From Candidatus Omnitrophota bacterium (GTDB lineage Bacteria; Omnitrophota; Gorgyraeia; B26-G9), in the NCBI GenBank assembly GCA_043806135.1, contig JAZDHG010000098.1:1660-65659 (forward strand): DNA of 64,000 nt. Direction: 5' to 3'. The notes beneath the pieces were generated by a model that ran no database searches, was not told where the DNA came from, and saw only the letters and a program-made list of their open reading frames with translations. Both the position numbers and the translations under genes were made by a program. Below, one piece after another: positions 49,773 through 60,013 of the stretch; position 1 is the first letter of the stretch, and every line of letters begins with the position of its first letter.

Positions 49773-51212
49773 ATGAGTGAGGGGAAACATATCGCTACCG
49801 CACCCAAAGACCGTGTTAGTGTTTCGCAGAAATTAGTCTATGGGATAGGCGGGCTGGTTAATAATTTGCTGGGTGCAGCAGTAGGATGTATGGCGATCGT
49901 GCTTAATCTGGGCCTGGGCATGAATCCGGTAACAGTAGGCATGCTTATGTCTATTCCCCGTATTTGGGATGCTGTAACAGATCCTGTAATGGGCTATATT
50001 TCTGATAATACAAAATCCCGGTGGGGCCGACGCAGGCCGTATATATTCTGGGGCGCGATTTCTTCGGGAATTATATTTGCTCTGATGTGGCAACTTCGCT
50101 CCGGATGCACTCAGAATTTCTATTTCTGGTATTTTCTTATTGCGTCATTGGGTTTTTATGTTGCTTATACTGTTTATGCAACGCCCTGGGTAGCTCTTGG
50201 ATACGAAATGACTCCGGATTATCATGAGCGCACACGCCTTATGGGTTTCAGTAACTGGATTGGCCAGTTTGCCTGGGTTATAGCGCCCTGGTTTTGGAAG
50301 ATAATGAACTTTAAATATTTTAGCAGCAATGTTGAAGGAGCTCGTGCACTGGCGATCATGGTTGGAGCATTTGTTTGCGTAGCCGGGATATTACCTGCTA
50401 TTTTCTGTCGTGAAAAGCAGGGTTATCAGAAAAAAGATAATGGAAAAAAATCCGTAGAAATCGTGGGTGTTTTGAAGCACACCGCAAAGTTTTTTAAAGG
50501 TTTTGCGATTACTCTGAGATCTATGTCATTTCTTAAACTTTGCGGAGCGACGTTACTTGTGTTTAATGGGTTTATGGCTGTATCCGCATTTTCTTCATAT
50601 GTGATCATTTATTATATTTTTAAAGGAGACCAGAATGCAGGATCTACATATATGGGTTGGTTTGGCTCTGCTTCTTCTATTGCAACTTTTTGTGTTATTC
50701 CCTTTATTACCTGGGTCTCTACGAAAATAGGAAAAAAGAATGCTTTTATCCTTTCAACAACTATTTCTATTGTCGGATATGCGATGAAATGGTTTTGCTA
50801 TGATCCGGATGCACCATGGAAACTGCTTATTCCGGCTCCTTTAATTGCGTTTGGGCTTGGCGGACTTTTTACTCTGATGGGAGCGATGATCGCTGACGTA
50901 TGTGATGTCGATGAACTGGAAACAGGAGAACGCCGTGAAGGCGTTTTTGGCGGTATATACTGGTGGATGGTAAAGCTTGGAATGGCGTTGGCGTTTGCGA
51001 TATCAGGATATCTTCTTAACGCGACAGGTTTTAATGTTGAGCTGGCGGGCAATCAAACAGTTAATACATTATTAATGTTAAGGGTATTTGATATTAGTGT
51101 TCCGGTTATAACATCTCTTCTGGCTGTAATTATAATTAGCACTTTCGACGTCACTGAAGAAAAGGCATATCAGGTTCGCTTAGAGCTTGAGAAGCGGCGG
51201 GGCTGCCTGTAA
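49773..51212 (+). CDS. MFS glycoside-pentoside-hexuronide (MelB/GPH) sugar:cation symporter
   Basis: WDAVTDPVMGYISD, SRWGRRRPY, MIADVCD, RREG; about 12 TM segments. Confidence 0.92.
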   Translation: MSEGKHIATAPKDRVSVSQKLVYGIGGLVNNLLGAAVGCMAIVLNLGLGMNPVTVGMLMSIPRIWDAVTDPVMGYISDNTKSRWGRRRPYIFWGAISSGIIFALMWQLRSGCTQNFYFWYFLIASLGFYVAYTVYATPWVALGYEMTPDYHERTRLMGFSNWIGQFAWVIAPWFWKIMNFKYFSSNVEGARALAIMVGAFVCVAGILPAIFCREKQGYQKKDNGKKSVEIVGVLKHTAKFFKGFAITLRSMSFLKLCGATLLVFNGFMAVSAFSSYVIIYYIFKGDQNAGSTYMGWFGSASSIATFCVIPFITWVSTKIGKKNAFILSTTISIVGYAMKWFCYDPDAPWKLLIPAPLIAFGLGGLFTLMGAMIADVCDVDELETGERREGVFGGIYWWMVKLGMALAFAISGYLLNATGFNVELAGNQTVNTLLMLRVFDISVPVITSLLAVIIISTFDVTEEKAYQVRLELEKRRGCL

Positions 51213-51307
51213 TAAAAGTTACGATGGGATCAAAGAAAAACCTGATGCCTTTGTTAGGTCTGGTAATAAAGAATAAATTTTGACAAAATTAAAAAGGGTG
51301 ATTTGAA

Positions 51308-53206
51308 GTGAATAAAAAACCGGTACTTTTAACTGTCCTGAGCATGAGCGTATTTTTTATGGTAGCCAATGTTTTTGCCGCTCCTGCGCCTGCTTTTGAG
51401 CTGGATGACAAGGGAACGGAACAGATCGTCGACTATGAGAAATACGGCGAGTTTCAAAACGTGGACAAAGCCGGTTATAAATATAAAATAAAAGACCAGC
51501 AAGGATTAGCAAATGCAGTAGGGGAAGGAATCTATCCTAATACAAAAAGCGTGCTGAAGTCCCCTCAGTTTAAAAAATATAAGGATGAAAAAAAACTCCT
51601 GGGCAGTCATTGGGCTTTTGTGAACACCTCGGATCATCAGGCAAATTTTTACCGCTGGGCAACAGCAGCGGAAAGTCCGGGTGTGAAATTGTTCTATACT
51701 GCCCAGGCCCTGGAAAATGCCATGCAGATCAGGCATGCGGTCAAGGCTTATTATGCCCTTGTGGTGAATTTTCCCAAAGAAGTCGGAACGACTTACTGGG
51801 GGACCCCTTGGTATGTGGGGCCGGCATCACTGGACAGGATACTTTATCTGACGAGAAAATATCCTGAGATGGGGATAAAACTTGTCGGTGCTAATATAAC
51901 GGTTGAAAATCGTTACGATGATGATAGGAGTAATGATGTTTTTGTAGTCGATCCCGGTAAATTGGTTTTTTGCGATCCGAATGATGTTGTAGAAAAAAGA
52001 GCGGATCTAAGTAAACTATCAGTCATAGAAAACAAAGAATTCGGAGAGATCAGTTTTGTTAAATATGAAAACGGCCATTGGCAAATGCGTCTTAAAGACG
52101 AGCCTTTTATGGTCAAAGCAGTTGCTTATCAGCCGTCTAAAATCGGCCAGAGCCCGGATATCGGAACGCTTGAGGATTGGTCAAAGGCAGATGAAAACAA
52201 AAACGGTAAAATTGACAGCCCATATGATGCGTGGGTAGATAAGAATAAAAATAATATTCAGGAAGGCGATGAGCCGGCAGTCGGTGATTTTCAGCTGATG
52301 AAGGATATGGGTGTTAACGTCATCAGAGTTTATCATCATGCTTTTGTTAGTAATAAAAAGATATTTCAGGATTTGTATAAAAATTACGGGATCCGGATCG
52401 TAATCGGTGATTTTCTGGGAATGTACGCGGTAGGTTCCAAAGCCCCCTGGGATCCGGGCACTGATTATTCTGACCCCCAGCAGCAGCGCAATATGCTTGA
52501 ATCGGTAATGAAGATGATAAATGAATATAAGGATGAGCCATGTGTTCTGATGTGGGTTTTAGGCAATGAAACTAATTACGGAACGGCTAACAACGCAGAT
52601 GTAGAGCCGCAAGCCTACTATCATTTTGTAAATGAAGTCGCGAAAAAAATAAAAGAAATAGATCCGAATCATCCGGTAATGATTTGTAACGGCGATATCC
52701 AATTTCTTGATATCTTTGCCCAAAAGTGTCCGGATGTTGATGTGTTCGGGATCAATTCGTATAGAGGTAAACCTGGATTCGGATATTATAATTTCTGGCT
52801 GCCGGTAAAAGAACTTGCCGATAGACCGGTGTTTATAACAGAATACGGCTGCCCTGCTTATGGACACAAATATAGCCGTGAATATGCGGAAAATTTTCAA
52901 GCGGAATACCTTGTGGAAAACTGGATGGATATGGTAATTAACAGCGCGGGAGAGGGAGCAGGTGTTTCTATCGGCGGCTCTTTGTTTGAATTTGTTGATG
53001 AGTGGTGGAAGACAGGAGCTCCTCCCGGATATCCTGATATTATTCAGGATGTAGTGCCTAATGTGGGGGGGCCTTTTGTGGACGGATGGTATTACGAGGA
53101 ATGGTTTGGAGTAGTCAGCCAGGGAGACGGTACGGATTCTCCTTTTATGCGTCAGCTGCGTAAGTCTTATTTCGAACTGCAAAAAATCTGGAAAGAGAAA
53201 GAATAA
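51308..53206 (+). CDS. Secreted clan GH-A (GH2-like TIM barrel) glycoside hydrolase with N-terminal extension
   Basis: Signal peptide (VFA-A); MGVNVIRVY, WVLGNE (acid/base), FITEYG (nucleophile), FVDEWWK, EEWFG. Confidence 0.82.
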   Translation: MNKKPVLLTVLSMSVFFMVANVFAAPAPAFELDDKGTEQIVDYEKYGEFQNVDKAGYKYKIKDQQGLANAVGEGIYPNTKSVLKSPQFKKYKDEKKLLGSHWAFVNTSDHQANFYRWATAAESPGVKLFYTAQALENAMQIRHAVKAYYALVVNFPKEVGTTYWGTPWYVGPASLDRILYLTRKYPEMGIKLVGANITVENRYDDDRSNDVFVVDPGKLVFCDPNDVVEKRADLSKLSVIENKEFGEISFVKYENGHWQMRLKDEPFMVKAVAYQPSKIGQSPDIGTLEDWSKADENKNGKIDSPYDAWVDKNKNNIQEGDEPAVGDFQLMKDMGVNVIRVYHHAFVSNKKIFQDLYKNYGIRIVIGDFLGMYAVGSKAPWDPGTDYSDPQQQRNMLESVMKMINEYKDEPCVLMWVLGNETNYGTANNADVEPQAYYHFVNEVAKKIKEIDPNHPVMICNGDIQFLDIFAQKCPDVDVFGINSYRGKPGFGYYNFWLPVKELADRPVFITEYGCPAYGHKYSREYAENFQAEYLVENWMDMVINSAGEGAGVSIGGSLFEFVDEWWKTGAPPGYPDIIQDVVPNVGGPFVDGWYYEEWFGVVSQGDGTDSPFMRQLRKSYFELQKIWKEKE

Positions 53207-53209
53207 GCA

Positions 53210-53827
53210 ATGAAAAGAAGCATTTTTTGGACAACTTTGTCAGGGTGGTTTATTATCCTGTTTTTGTTGGCTTTTGCTTGTTTTGCTCAAGATACAAAAC
53301 AGATAAAGGAAGAAAAACCGCAGGAACTGCTGGTTTATTTTGATAAGGACAGTATTGATAATCATTACTTTGCTTCCCAAAGGATCGGAGATTGCGAGTC
53401 CTTAGAGTTTGATGATCAGTGGAAAGAAAATGTCCAGTCAGGTCAAACCTGCATAAGGATTAAATATAACGCGACCGGACCGTTTGGTTTTGCCGGTATT
53501 TACTGGGTTAATCCCAAGGATAATTGGGGGGATGAAAAAGGCGGTTATGACCTGCGTTTTGCCAAAAAACTCACTTTTTGGGTCAGAGGGGAAAGCGGTT
53601 CAGAACATGTTGCCGTGTTTAAATTTGGAGGACTTAAGGGAGTGTACCCTGATTCGGACAATCATGGAATCGGGCCTTTAGTGCTAAGTGATCAATGGCA
53701 GCAAATAACAGTTGATCTAAACGGCAGAGATATGCGGCGTATAAGTGCCGGATTCAGTTTTGCTATTACAAAAGCACATAATCGTAAGGGTTGTGTTTTT
53801 TATATAGATAATATAAAATATGAATAG
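53210..53827 (+). CDS. Secreted carbohydrate-binding-module-like (galactose-binding fold) protein
   Basis: Signal peptide; NWG..GGYDL..KKLTFWVRG, WQQITVDL, FYIDNIKYE. Confidence 0.7.
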   Translation: MKRSIFWTTLSGWFIILFLLAFACFAQDTKQIKEEKPQELLVYFDKDSIDNHYFASQRIGDCESLEFDDQWKENVQSGQTCIRIKYNATGPFGFAGIYWVNPKDNWGDEKGGYDLRFAKKLTFWVRGESGSEHVAVFKFGGLKGVYPDSDNHGIGPLVLSDQWQQITVDLNGRDMRRISAGFSFAITKAHNRKGCVFYIDNIKYE

Positions 53828-53878
53828 AAACAATTTGATTTGGTTTAATTTGGTTATTAATGAAAGGAGGAAGTTTAA

Positions 53879-54538
53879 ATGAAAAAGCTGAATTTATTGG
53901 TTGTGATGTTTTTTTTCTGCTTGATTTTGAGTTTTAATGTTCAGGCCCAGCAGATGCTCGATGATGATAAGTATATCGAGGAGGAAGAGCTGGTGGGCAA
54001 GGAAGTAAAATTTGATGATGACGGGATTTTCCATGTTTATGTTGACCGCGGGGATCGGGGGAATCATTATATACCGTCCGGCTGGATGGGAGATTACGGT
54101 GATATTAAGATGAATGACAACTTTAAAGATTTTGCGCATAACGGCAAAACATGCATAAAATTTACTTATACTGCTGAGGGTAAGCAGGGTGCAGGATGGA
54201 CCGGAGTTATGTGGCAGAATCCGGCGAATAACTGGGGAGAAGTAAAAGGCGGGTTTGACTTAAGCGGCGCTAAAAAGCTGACATTCTGGGCCAAAGGTGA
54301 AAAGGGCAATGAGCGGATAATGGAGTTTAAAATGGGCGGTATCGGCGGCCCCTATCCGGATTCTGATTCTATCGGAATCGGGCCTATTGACCTGACTACT
54401 GAATGGAAACAATACACGATAGATCTGACTGATATTGATCTGAGTTATGTTAACGGGGGTTTTTGCTGGTCCTCTAATGCGGATTCAAATCCCGAAGGCA
54501 TGGTTTTTTATCTGGATGACATCCAGTACCAATTATAA
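53879..54538 (+). CDS. Secreted CBM-like protein, paralog of 53210-53827
   Basis: Signal peptide (VQA-Q); YIPSGWMGD, NWG..GGFDLSGAKKLTFWAKG, FYLDDIQY; strong RBS AAAGGAGG. Confidence 0.75.
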   Translation: MKKLNLLVVMFFFCLILSFNVQAQQMLDDDKYIEEEELVGKEVKFDDDGIFHVYVDRGDRGNHYIPSGWMGDYGDIKMNDNFKDFAHNGKTCIKFTYTAEGKQGAGWTGVMWQNPANNWGEVKGGFDLSGAKKLTFWAKGEKGNERIMEFKMGGIGGPYPDSDSIGIGPIDLTTEWKQYTIDLTDIDLSYVNGGFCWSSNADSNPEGMVFYLDDIQYQL

Positions 54539-54551
54539 ATCTTATTTTGTA

Positions 54552-54598
54552 AAATAAAGGGTAGGGGCTAGGTATGATGAGGCTTCTACCCTTTATTT
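54552..54598 (+). terminator. Long intergenic hairpin (terminator or mRNA-stabilising stem)
   Basis: AAATAAAGGGTAG..CTACCCTTTATTT, a 13-bp perfect stem plus 4 inner pairs. Confidence 0.55.
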
Positions 54599-54627
54599 CT
54601 ATGCAATGCTGGATGAGGAGTTTTTAT

Positions 54628-55857
54628 ATGATCGCGCGTAAATTAGTAATAATTTTAATGATTCTCTTAGCTGCCGGTTGCGGGAAGGCAAAAGCGAAGA
54701 AAGACAGTGTTTCTATCAAGAAACTTGAAAATGGACATTATCAATTGCTTGTTAATAAAAAACCTTATGTTATAAAGGGTGTCTGCTATTCTCCCGTGCC
54801 TATCGGCAGGAGCCCCTTGTTTAATTTTATGTGCGATCCGGCTAAACCATGGATTGTAGACGGAAAACTTATGCAGGACATGGGCATTAATACGGTACGT
54901 TTGTATATGACAGGGGACGAGCTTGAATTTTGCAAAATTATGATTGAAGAGCTGTATACATTGTATGGCATAAGGACTATACTAGGGCATGATCTTGGAT
55001 TCTGGGGATATCCGCCAGCCAATTACGCGGATCCAGAGTTTAGAGAAGAAATTACGAAGAACATGATGGAGGTAGTTGCCTATTTCAAAGACACCCCGGG
55101 ATTGCTGATGTGGAATCTGGGTAATGAAAACAACTATAGTTTTGACGGGCGGTTAAACCCGTGGAGCTCCGATGAAATAGATGCAATGCAGAATTTTAAT
55201 GACAAACGGGAAGCCCGTGCCAGGATTTATTATTCCTTTGTTAATGACCTTGCTAAAAAAATAAAAAAGATCGATAAGGCTCATCCTGTGGGTCTTGGCA
55301 ACGGGGAGACAGTCGGCCTTAAGAGCGCTGCCAAGTATTGTCCTGATGTGGATTTTATCGGAGCGATTGTTTATCGCGGCAAGGTATTCGGCAGTTTCTT
55401 TAAGGAAATCAAGAGAATGTTTGATAAGCCTGTTATTTTGACAGAATTCGGCTGTGACGCGTATAATATGGAAAAACAGGAAGAAGATCAGAATAACCAG
55501 GCGAAATTTTTGAAAAGCCAGTGGCTGGATATGCAAAAGCACATGGTAAACGGAGAAGGCGAGGGCAACTGCCTGGGCGGAGCTATCTTTGAATGGAATG
55601 ATGAGTGGTGGAAAACATCAGACAGTGACCGGGACAGCTGGAATGTGCATGATACAGTTGCCGGATGGGGGATGGGATCCTATGACTTTGATGCTAAAGC
55701 AGGCAAAAATATGAATGAAGAGTGGTTTGGTATTGTTGCGATATCCCCGGAACTAGAAAATGGGATCAATAAAAGAACTCCCAGAAAAGCCTATTATGTT
55801 TTGCGCCAGTTATGGAATGAAGCATATAAAAAAGAGGAAAGTAAATCCGCGAAATAA
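54628..55857 (+). CDS. Lipoprotein GH2-like (clan GH-A) glycoside hydrolase
   Basis: Start reassigned to ATG 54628 (AGGAG at 54616). Lipobox LAAGC; WNLGNE, ILTEFG, WNDEWWK, EEWFG; paralog of the 51308 ORF. Confidence 0.82.
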   Translation: MIARKLVIILMILLAAGCGKAKAKKDSVSIKKLENGHYQLLVNKKPYVIKGVCYSPVPIGRSPLFNFMCDPAKPWIVDGKLMQDMGINTVRLYMTGDELEFCKIMIEELYTLYGIRTILGHDLGFWGYPPANYADPEFREEITKNMMEVVAYFKDTPGLLMWNLGNENNYSFDGRLNPWSSDEIDAMQNFNDKREARARIYYSFVNDLAKKIKKIDKAHPVGLGNGETVGLKSAAKYCPDVDFIGAIVYRGKVFGSFFKEIKRMFDKPVILTEFGCDAYNMEKQEEDQNNQAKFLKSQWLDMQKHMVNGEGEGNCLGGAIFEWNDEWWKTSDSDRDSWNVHDTVAGWGMGSYDFDAKAGKNMNEEWFGIVAISPELENGINKRTPRKAYYVLRQLWNEAYKKEESKSAK

Positions 55858-55880
55858 TACCGAAGTCGATAACCTAAATA

Positions 55881-56141
55881 GGGTCTGCTGAAAAACTCAT
55901 CAGACCCTGATTATAGAGATTAAAGACAAGATTACATAGATTAAATATAGACGGGAAAATTACTGTAATCATTTAAAAATCTGTGTAATCATGGTTCGCT
56001 GAAAAATGTATTTCTGTTAAAAAGTGCAAGGGTTGGAACACTTTTATTCAAAAATCATGCACTTTTGGATATATTTTTGCTGCTGGTTATGTTTAAAATA
56101 CCGACAACATATGAGTTCACATTTGTATTTTCAGTGAACCC
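55881..56141. mobile_element. MITE-like element
   Basis: Imperfect TIRs GGGTCTGCTGAAAA / TTTTCAGTGAACCC flanked by a TAAATA direct repeat; no ORF. Confidence 0.6.
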
Positions 56142-56217
56142 TAAATACTGGAAGAAATGGCGAGTAAGACCAAAAGGAAGTAGCGAGAAAAACTTATAAA
56201 AAAAGAAGTGGTGAGAT

Positions 56218-58044
56218 ATGAAATATTTACTCAAAAATGATCAATTTTGTTGCAGAGCGCTGTTAATAATTTGTTGTTTTGTTTTAATGATTTTTGTAAG
56301 TATACATGCAGTGGATACGGTTTTTGCTCTTGAGCTAAAAGCGCAGGTAGAGGATTTTATTAGGCAGGAGAGATTTACCGACCTGCTGGATTTTTTAGAT
56401 ATTCTAAAGCTGGAAAAGGGACAGAATATAACAGATCTGCAGATAGAATATTACTCTGTGCTCGCAAAATCAAAGTACCTCGATTATCTTGAGCAAAAAG
56501 AGGATTGGGAAAATTATTACAGTCATGTGGATCTTTTTAATGCTGAGATAATAAAAAGTGCCAGAGATTTTGTGGCAAAACATCCTGCCTCGCTTGAGAC
56601 CATCGAAATACAGTATATGGCCTGGAAAGCTATTACCCGGGATGAGGAAACGGCATCCGCGGAAGAGACCTTTAGCAAACTTATTGATTTAGTTATCACT
56701 TATACAGAAAAAAGCGGTGATACAGCTGTTTTTAGGGAAATTGCCAGTAGAATGAGTGATGCAGGCAGAGTTCGTCAGCTGAACAAGCTGTTTGATTCTT
56801 ATAAGGAGTTTTTGTCTACCAATGCCGGAAGCGATTCAATTGAACGTCTTGGAGGTATTGCCGAGGAATATTTGCAAAAAGAAAGAATAGAAACAGCAAT
56901 AGTTATTTATGAACATTATATCGACTTGGTATTAAGGCAGTATCCTCAGGCCAAAGCCCAGCTTGTACTAAATGAGCTTGCCGATAAGTTTAGACATCAT
57001 GGGTTTTCTCCTGCTAAAGACGCTGATTTTGCGGAAAAAATTTATAAGTTGATCACCCAAAAATTCGGCCAAGATGCTCTGCGAGAAGAGGATTTGTTCG
57101 GCCGCGGATATAATTTGGAATCGCTGAATATCTATGACAGGGCACAGGAGGAGTATAAATATTTCGTTAAAAAATTTCCCGAAAGCGTTTACTTACCGGA
57201 AGTTTATACGAGAATTGCTGTTATTAATTTGTATTCCCTGGGGCGTTTTGGCATAGCTTTGCAGTTTTTTCAAAAAGTATCGGATGATTTTCCGGATTCA
57301 GCATATGCAGAGTTCTGCGCTTATAAAGCGGCAATACTTTTGCAGTGGAAATCAGAAGATGAACAGGCTAGCCGTCTTTATTCCATGCTTGTTGCCTCCG
57401 GAGGACTTTTTTCCGAGCCGGCAAAGAATCGCCTTAATGAAATAAAAAACAAGGATAAAATGGATGAAGAGGTGCGAAATGTACTTGAGCATTTATCCGG
57501 CAGTGAAGAAAGTTCTGCTATTATGATGACGCTTAAAAGCATGCCGCAAAGGTCTTTTGTCGGTGAACAGGTTATATGGTCGGGCACTGCTCAGGATTTT
57601 TCATCAGGTACTGTGCAGCCGTTTTTTGTCTATGAATGGTTTGGGGATACGGGTATCAATGAAGACCCGGGAAATACCGCTGAATTTTCCACCGGTTATG
57701 ATAATGCTATGCCTCAAATAGCGTGTTTTTCTGCAATGGTTGTCCAGACACAGGGAATAATATGTAAATCACTTTGGGTACATGAATTGAGAGTGAAAAC
57801 ACCAAATAATATTATGAGCTTTAAAACAGGCGAGCCGGTTGAACTTATTGCGGAAGTTTTTCCGAAGAGTATTGAAGATAAAGGTGTGCTCTGGCAATGG
57901 AAGATCGGCGCGGAGGCCGCTAGAGTCATAGGAAATAAGTTCCTGCATTCATATGATGCGCCGGGACGTTACGAAATAGAACTTGTTGCTGATGTGCAAG
58001 GTTCAAGAATATTTAAAAAAATTAATGTGGATATTGTAGAATAG
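56218..58044 (+). CDS. Periplasmic TPR protein with C-terminal PKD/Ig-like domain
   Basis: Signal peptide; BamD/YfiO-like TPRs (YKYFVKKFPES, FQKVSDDFPDS); HSYDAPGRYEIEL (PKD). Confidence 0.75.
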   Translation: MKYLLKNDQFCCRALLIICCFVLMIFVSIHAVDTVFALELKAQVEDFIRQERFTDLLDFLDILKLEKGQNITDLQIEYYSVLAKSKYLDYLEQKEDWENYYSHVDLFNAEIIKSARDFVAKHPASLETIEIQYMAWKAITRDEETASAEETFSKLIDLVITYTEKSGDTAVFREIASRMSDAGRVRQLNKLFDSYKEFLSTNAGSDSIERLGGIAEEYLQKERIETAIVIYEHYIDLVLRQYPQAKAQLVLNELADKFRHHGFSPAKDADFAEKIYKLITQKFGQDALREEDLFGRGYNLESLNIYDRAQEEYKYFVKKFPESVYLPEVYTRIAVINLYSLGRFGIALQFFQKVSDDFPDSAYAEFCAYKAAILLQWKSEDEQASRLYSMLVASGGLFSEPAKNRLNEIKNKDKMDEEVRNVLEHLSGSEESSAIMMTLKSMPQRSFVGEQVIWSGTAQDFSSGTVQPFFVYEWFGDTGINEDPGNTAEFSTGYDNAMPQIACFSAMVVQTQGIICKSLWVHELRVKTPNNIMSFKTGEPVELIAEVFPKSIEDKGVLWQWKIGAEAARVIGNKFLHSYDAPGRYEIELVADVQGSRIFKKINVDIVE

Positions 58045-58066
58045 GCTACAGCAGGTATAAAAACAC

Positions 58067-60013
58067 ATGTATATAGAAAAAAGAAAGTATATCCGTCTAA
58101 ATAAGGTTTTTCCCGTCGAATTACAGGTTCAAAACTCTGAAAACGAAACTCTTGATGACTTAATCCAGGGGTTTACCCGGGATGTAAGCTTGGAAGGCCT
58201 ATGTGTTCAGGTTAATGACTTTAGCAACGAAAACATAAAGGCGCTAAGAGAGAGAAAAGGCAAGGTTGTTGTCTTTTTAAACTTCCCTTTAAAGCGCTTT
58301 CCGATTAAGGCAGTTGCCAATGTTGCCTGGGTTAAAAAAGTGGCAAAGCCTTATCCGGAAAGCTGTCTGTTGGGACTGCACTACGAAGTGATCGATCCCA
58401 AGGAGCAAAAACGCATTATAAGTTTTGTGAAATACTGCAATGCTGTTCCCAGAATAGCCGGTTTGTTGATCTTGCTGCTGTTAGTTGTCTGTTCTGCTCT
58501 TGCACTTAAAAATCTCCAGCTCATTCATGATAATACAAAGCTTATTTACAATATTAGTAAATTCAGCAGAGAACAGTCGGATATAAACCAGGAACTCGAC
58601 ATGATCAAAACCGAAAAACAGGATTTGATCATGATGATGAAGAAAAGCGCAGCACAGGTAATTTTATTAAAAAAAGAACTTGCTGCTGTTGAGGCGGTAG
58701 CACAAAAGCAATGGAAGAAAAAAGACGGAGCGAACCTTGATATCTCCATGGAAGAGCGTAATAAACTTAATCTTGAATTAGTCCGGTTGATAGAAGAAAA
58801 TGCAGTTATGGAAAAGCGTCTGCATGAGCATGCCAACAGCCAGGAAAAGTTGAGATATCAACTAGAAGAAATTAAAAGAAAAAGAACAATTATCGACGAC
58901 AAAACACTTGAGCTAATGCGTCAGTGGCTAATCTCGTCCCAAAGCTCAAAGACAGGACTTGTCATCAGCTATGATGATGATTATGGATTCCAGGATGTAG
59001 GGTTTACTTATGATCAGGCTCTGAGCGCTTTCAATTTTATTAATTTTAAACAGTACAAAAACGCAAAAAGAATTTTTGAATTTTACAAATCCGAGGCCGT
59101 TAAAGTCAAAGAAGGATATGCAAATGCGTATGATGTGATAACCGGTAATGTCAGCGAATATATTGTTAACAGCGGTCCTTCAATTTACCTTGCTTTGGCA
59201 ATGCTCAGGTTTGAAGAGTTAACAGGTGATGACAGCTATCACAAAGTGGTTGAGGAAATAGGACAGTGGCTAATAAATCTTCAAAACGAGAAAAGCGATG
59301 GATCTTTGCCGGGAGGACCGCAGATGCAGTGGTCTGGAACTGAGCAAAATATTGCCGCGTATAGGTTTTTCGTCAAGCTCTTTAGCAGAACAAAAGACGC
59401 GCAGTATGATTTGGCGGCAAAAAAGATCCGCAGATGGCTCGGGATGCATGCTTATAACAAAAATCTGAAACGATTTAACCGGGGCGCAGGGGATCCAATG
59501 ATAGCAACAGATGCGATTGCTTTAAGTATTATGGGGTTGGGGCCGAAACTGCTTGAAGAGATGGGAGTTGATCTTGACCTTTTGGTCGCTTCTGTTGAAG
59601 AAAACTGTAAAACCAAAGTGCGGGTTGAGAATTTACTAGGAAAAAAAGCAGAAGTCAACGGATTTGATTTTTGTTCTCCCTCAAGTGTGGGCAGGAGCGG
59701 GGCGATTTCTGTAGAATGGACATCGCAAATGATAATTGCTTTTCAGATCCTAAGCAGGTTTTATCAAGAAGAGCAAATGATGCAAAAAGCAGATGATTAT
59801 AGGCGGAAGGCGGATTATTATCTGGGAGAGCTGGAAAAGCTGCTTATAATTCGGGCAAATTTCGGTATGCGCAAAGCTCATGCTGGATTGCCTTATGCAA
59901 GCAGCGGCGGGATTGATACCGGACATGGCTGGCATACTCCAAGTGATAGCTCGATATCTGCCGCGGGAACTAACTTTGCAATTTTTGCCAAAGAGGAGTA
60001 TAATATATTTTAG
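58067..60013 (+). CDS. PilZ - TM - coiled coil - six-hairpin glycosidase-like protein
   Basis: KRKYIR and DVSLEG (PilZ); TM IAGLLILLLLVVCSALAL; coiled coil; FTYDQAL, GTEQNI, ATDAIAL, GFDF, ISVEWTS. Confidence 0.8.
   Translation: MYIEKRKYIRLNKVFPVELQVQNSENETLDDLIQGFTRDVSLEGLCVQVNDFSNENIKALRERKGKVVVFLNFPLKRFPIKAVANVAWVKKVAKPYPESCLLGLHYEVIDPKEQKRIISFVKYCNAVPRIAGLLILLLLVVCSALALKNLQLIHDNTKLIYNISKFSREQSDINQELDMIKTEKQDLIMMMKKSAAQVILLKKELAAVEAVAQKQWKKKDGANLDISMEERNKLNLELVRLIEENAVMEKRLHEHANSQEKLRYQLEEIKRKRTIIDDKTLELMRQWLISSQSSKTGLVISYDDDYGFQDVGFTYDQALSAFNFINFKQYKNAKRIFEFYKSEAVKVKEGYANAYDVITGNVSEYIVNSGPSIYLALAMLRFEELTGDDSYHKVVEEIGQWLINLQNEKSDGSLPGGPQMQWSGTEQNIAAYRFFVKLFSRTKDAQYDLAAKKIRRWLGMHAYNKNLKRFNRGAGDPMIATDAIALSIMGLGPKLLEEMGVDLDLLVASVEENCKTKVRVENLLGKKAEVNGFDFCSPSSVGRSGAISVEWTSQMIIAFQILSRFYQEEQMMQKADDYRRKADYYLGELEKLLIIRANFGMRKAHAGLPYASSGGIDTGHGWHTPSDSSISAAGTNFAIFAKEEYNIF

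Noticed and set aside
54574-54627. ORF-track start at 54574 for the second glycoside hydrolase
   Set aside because: It lies within a hairpin; ATG 54628 has an AGGAG RBS and gives a proper lipoprotein signal.
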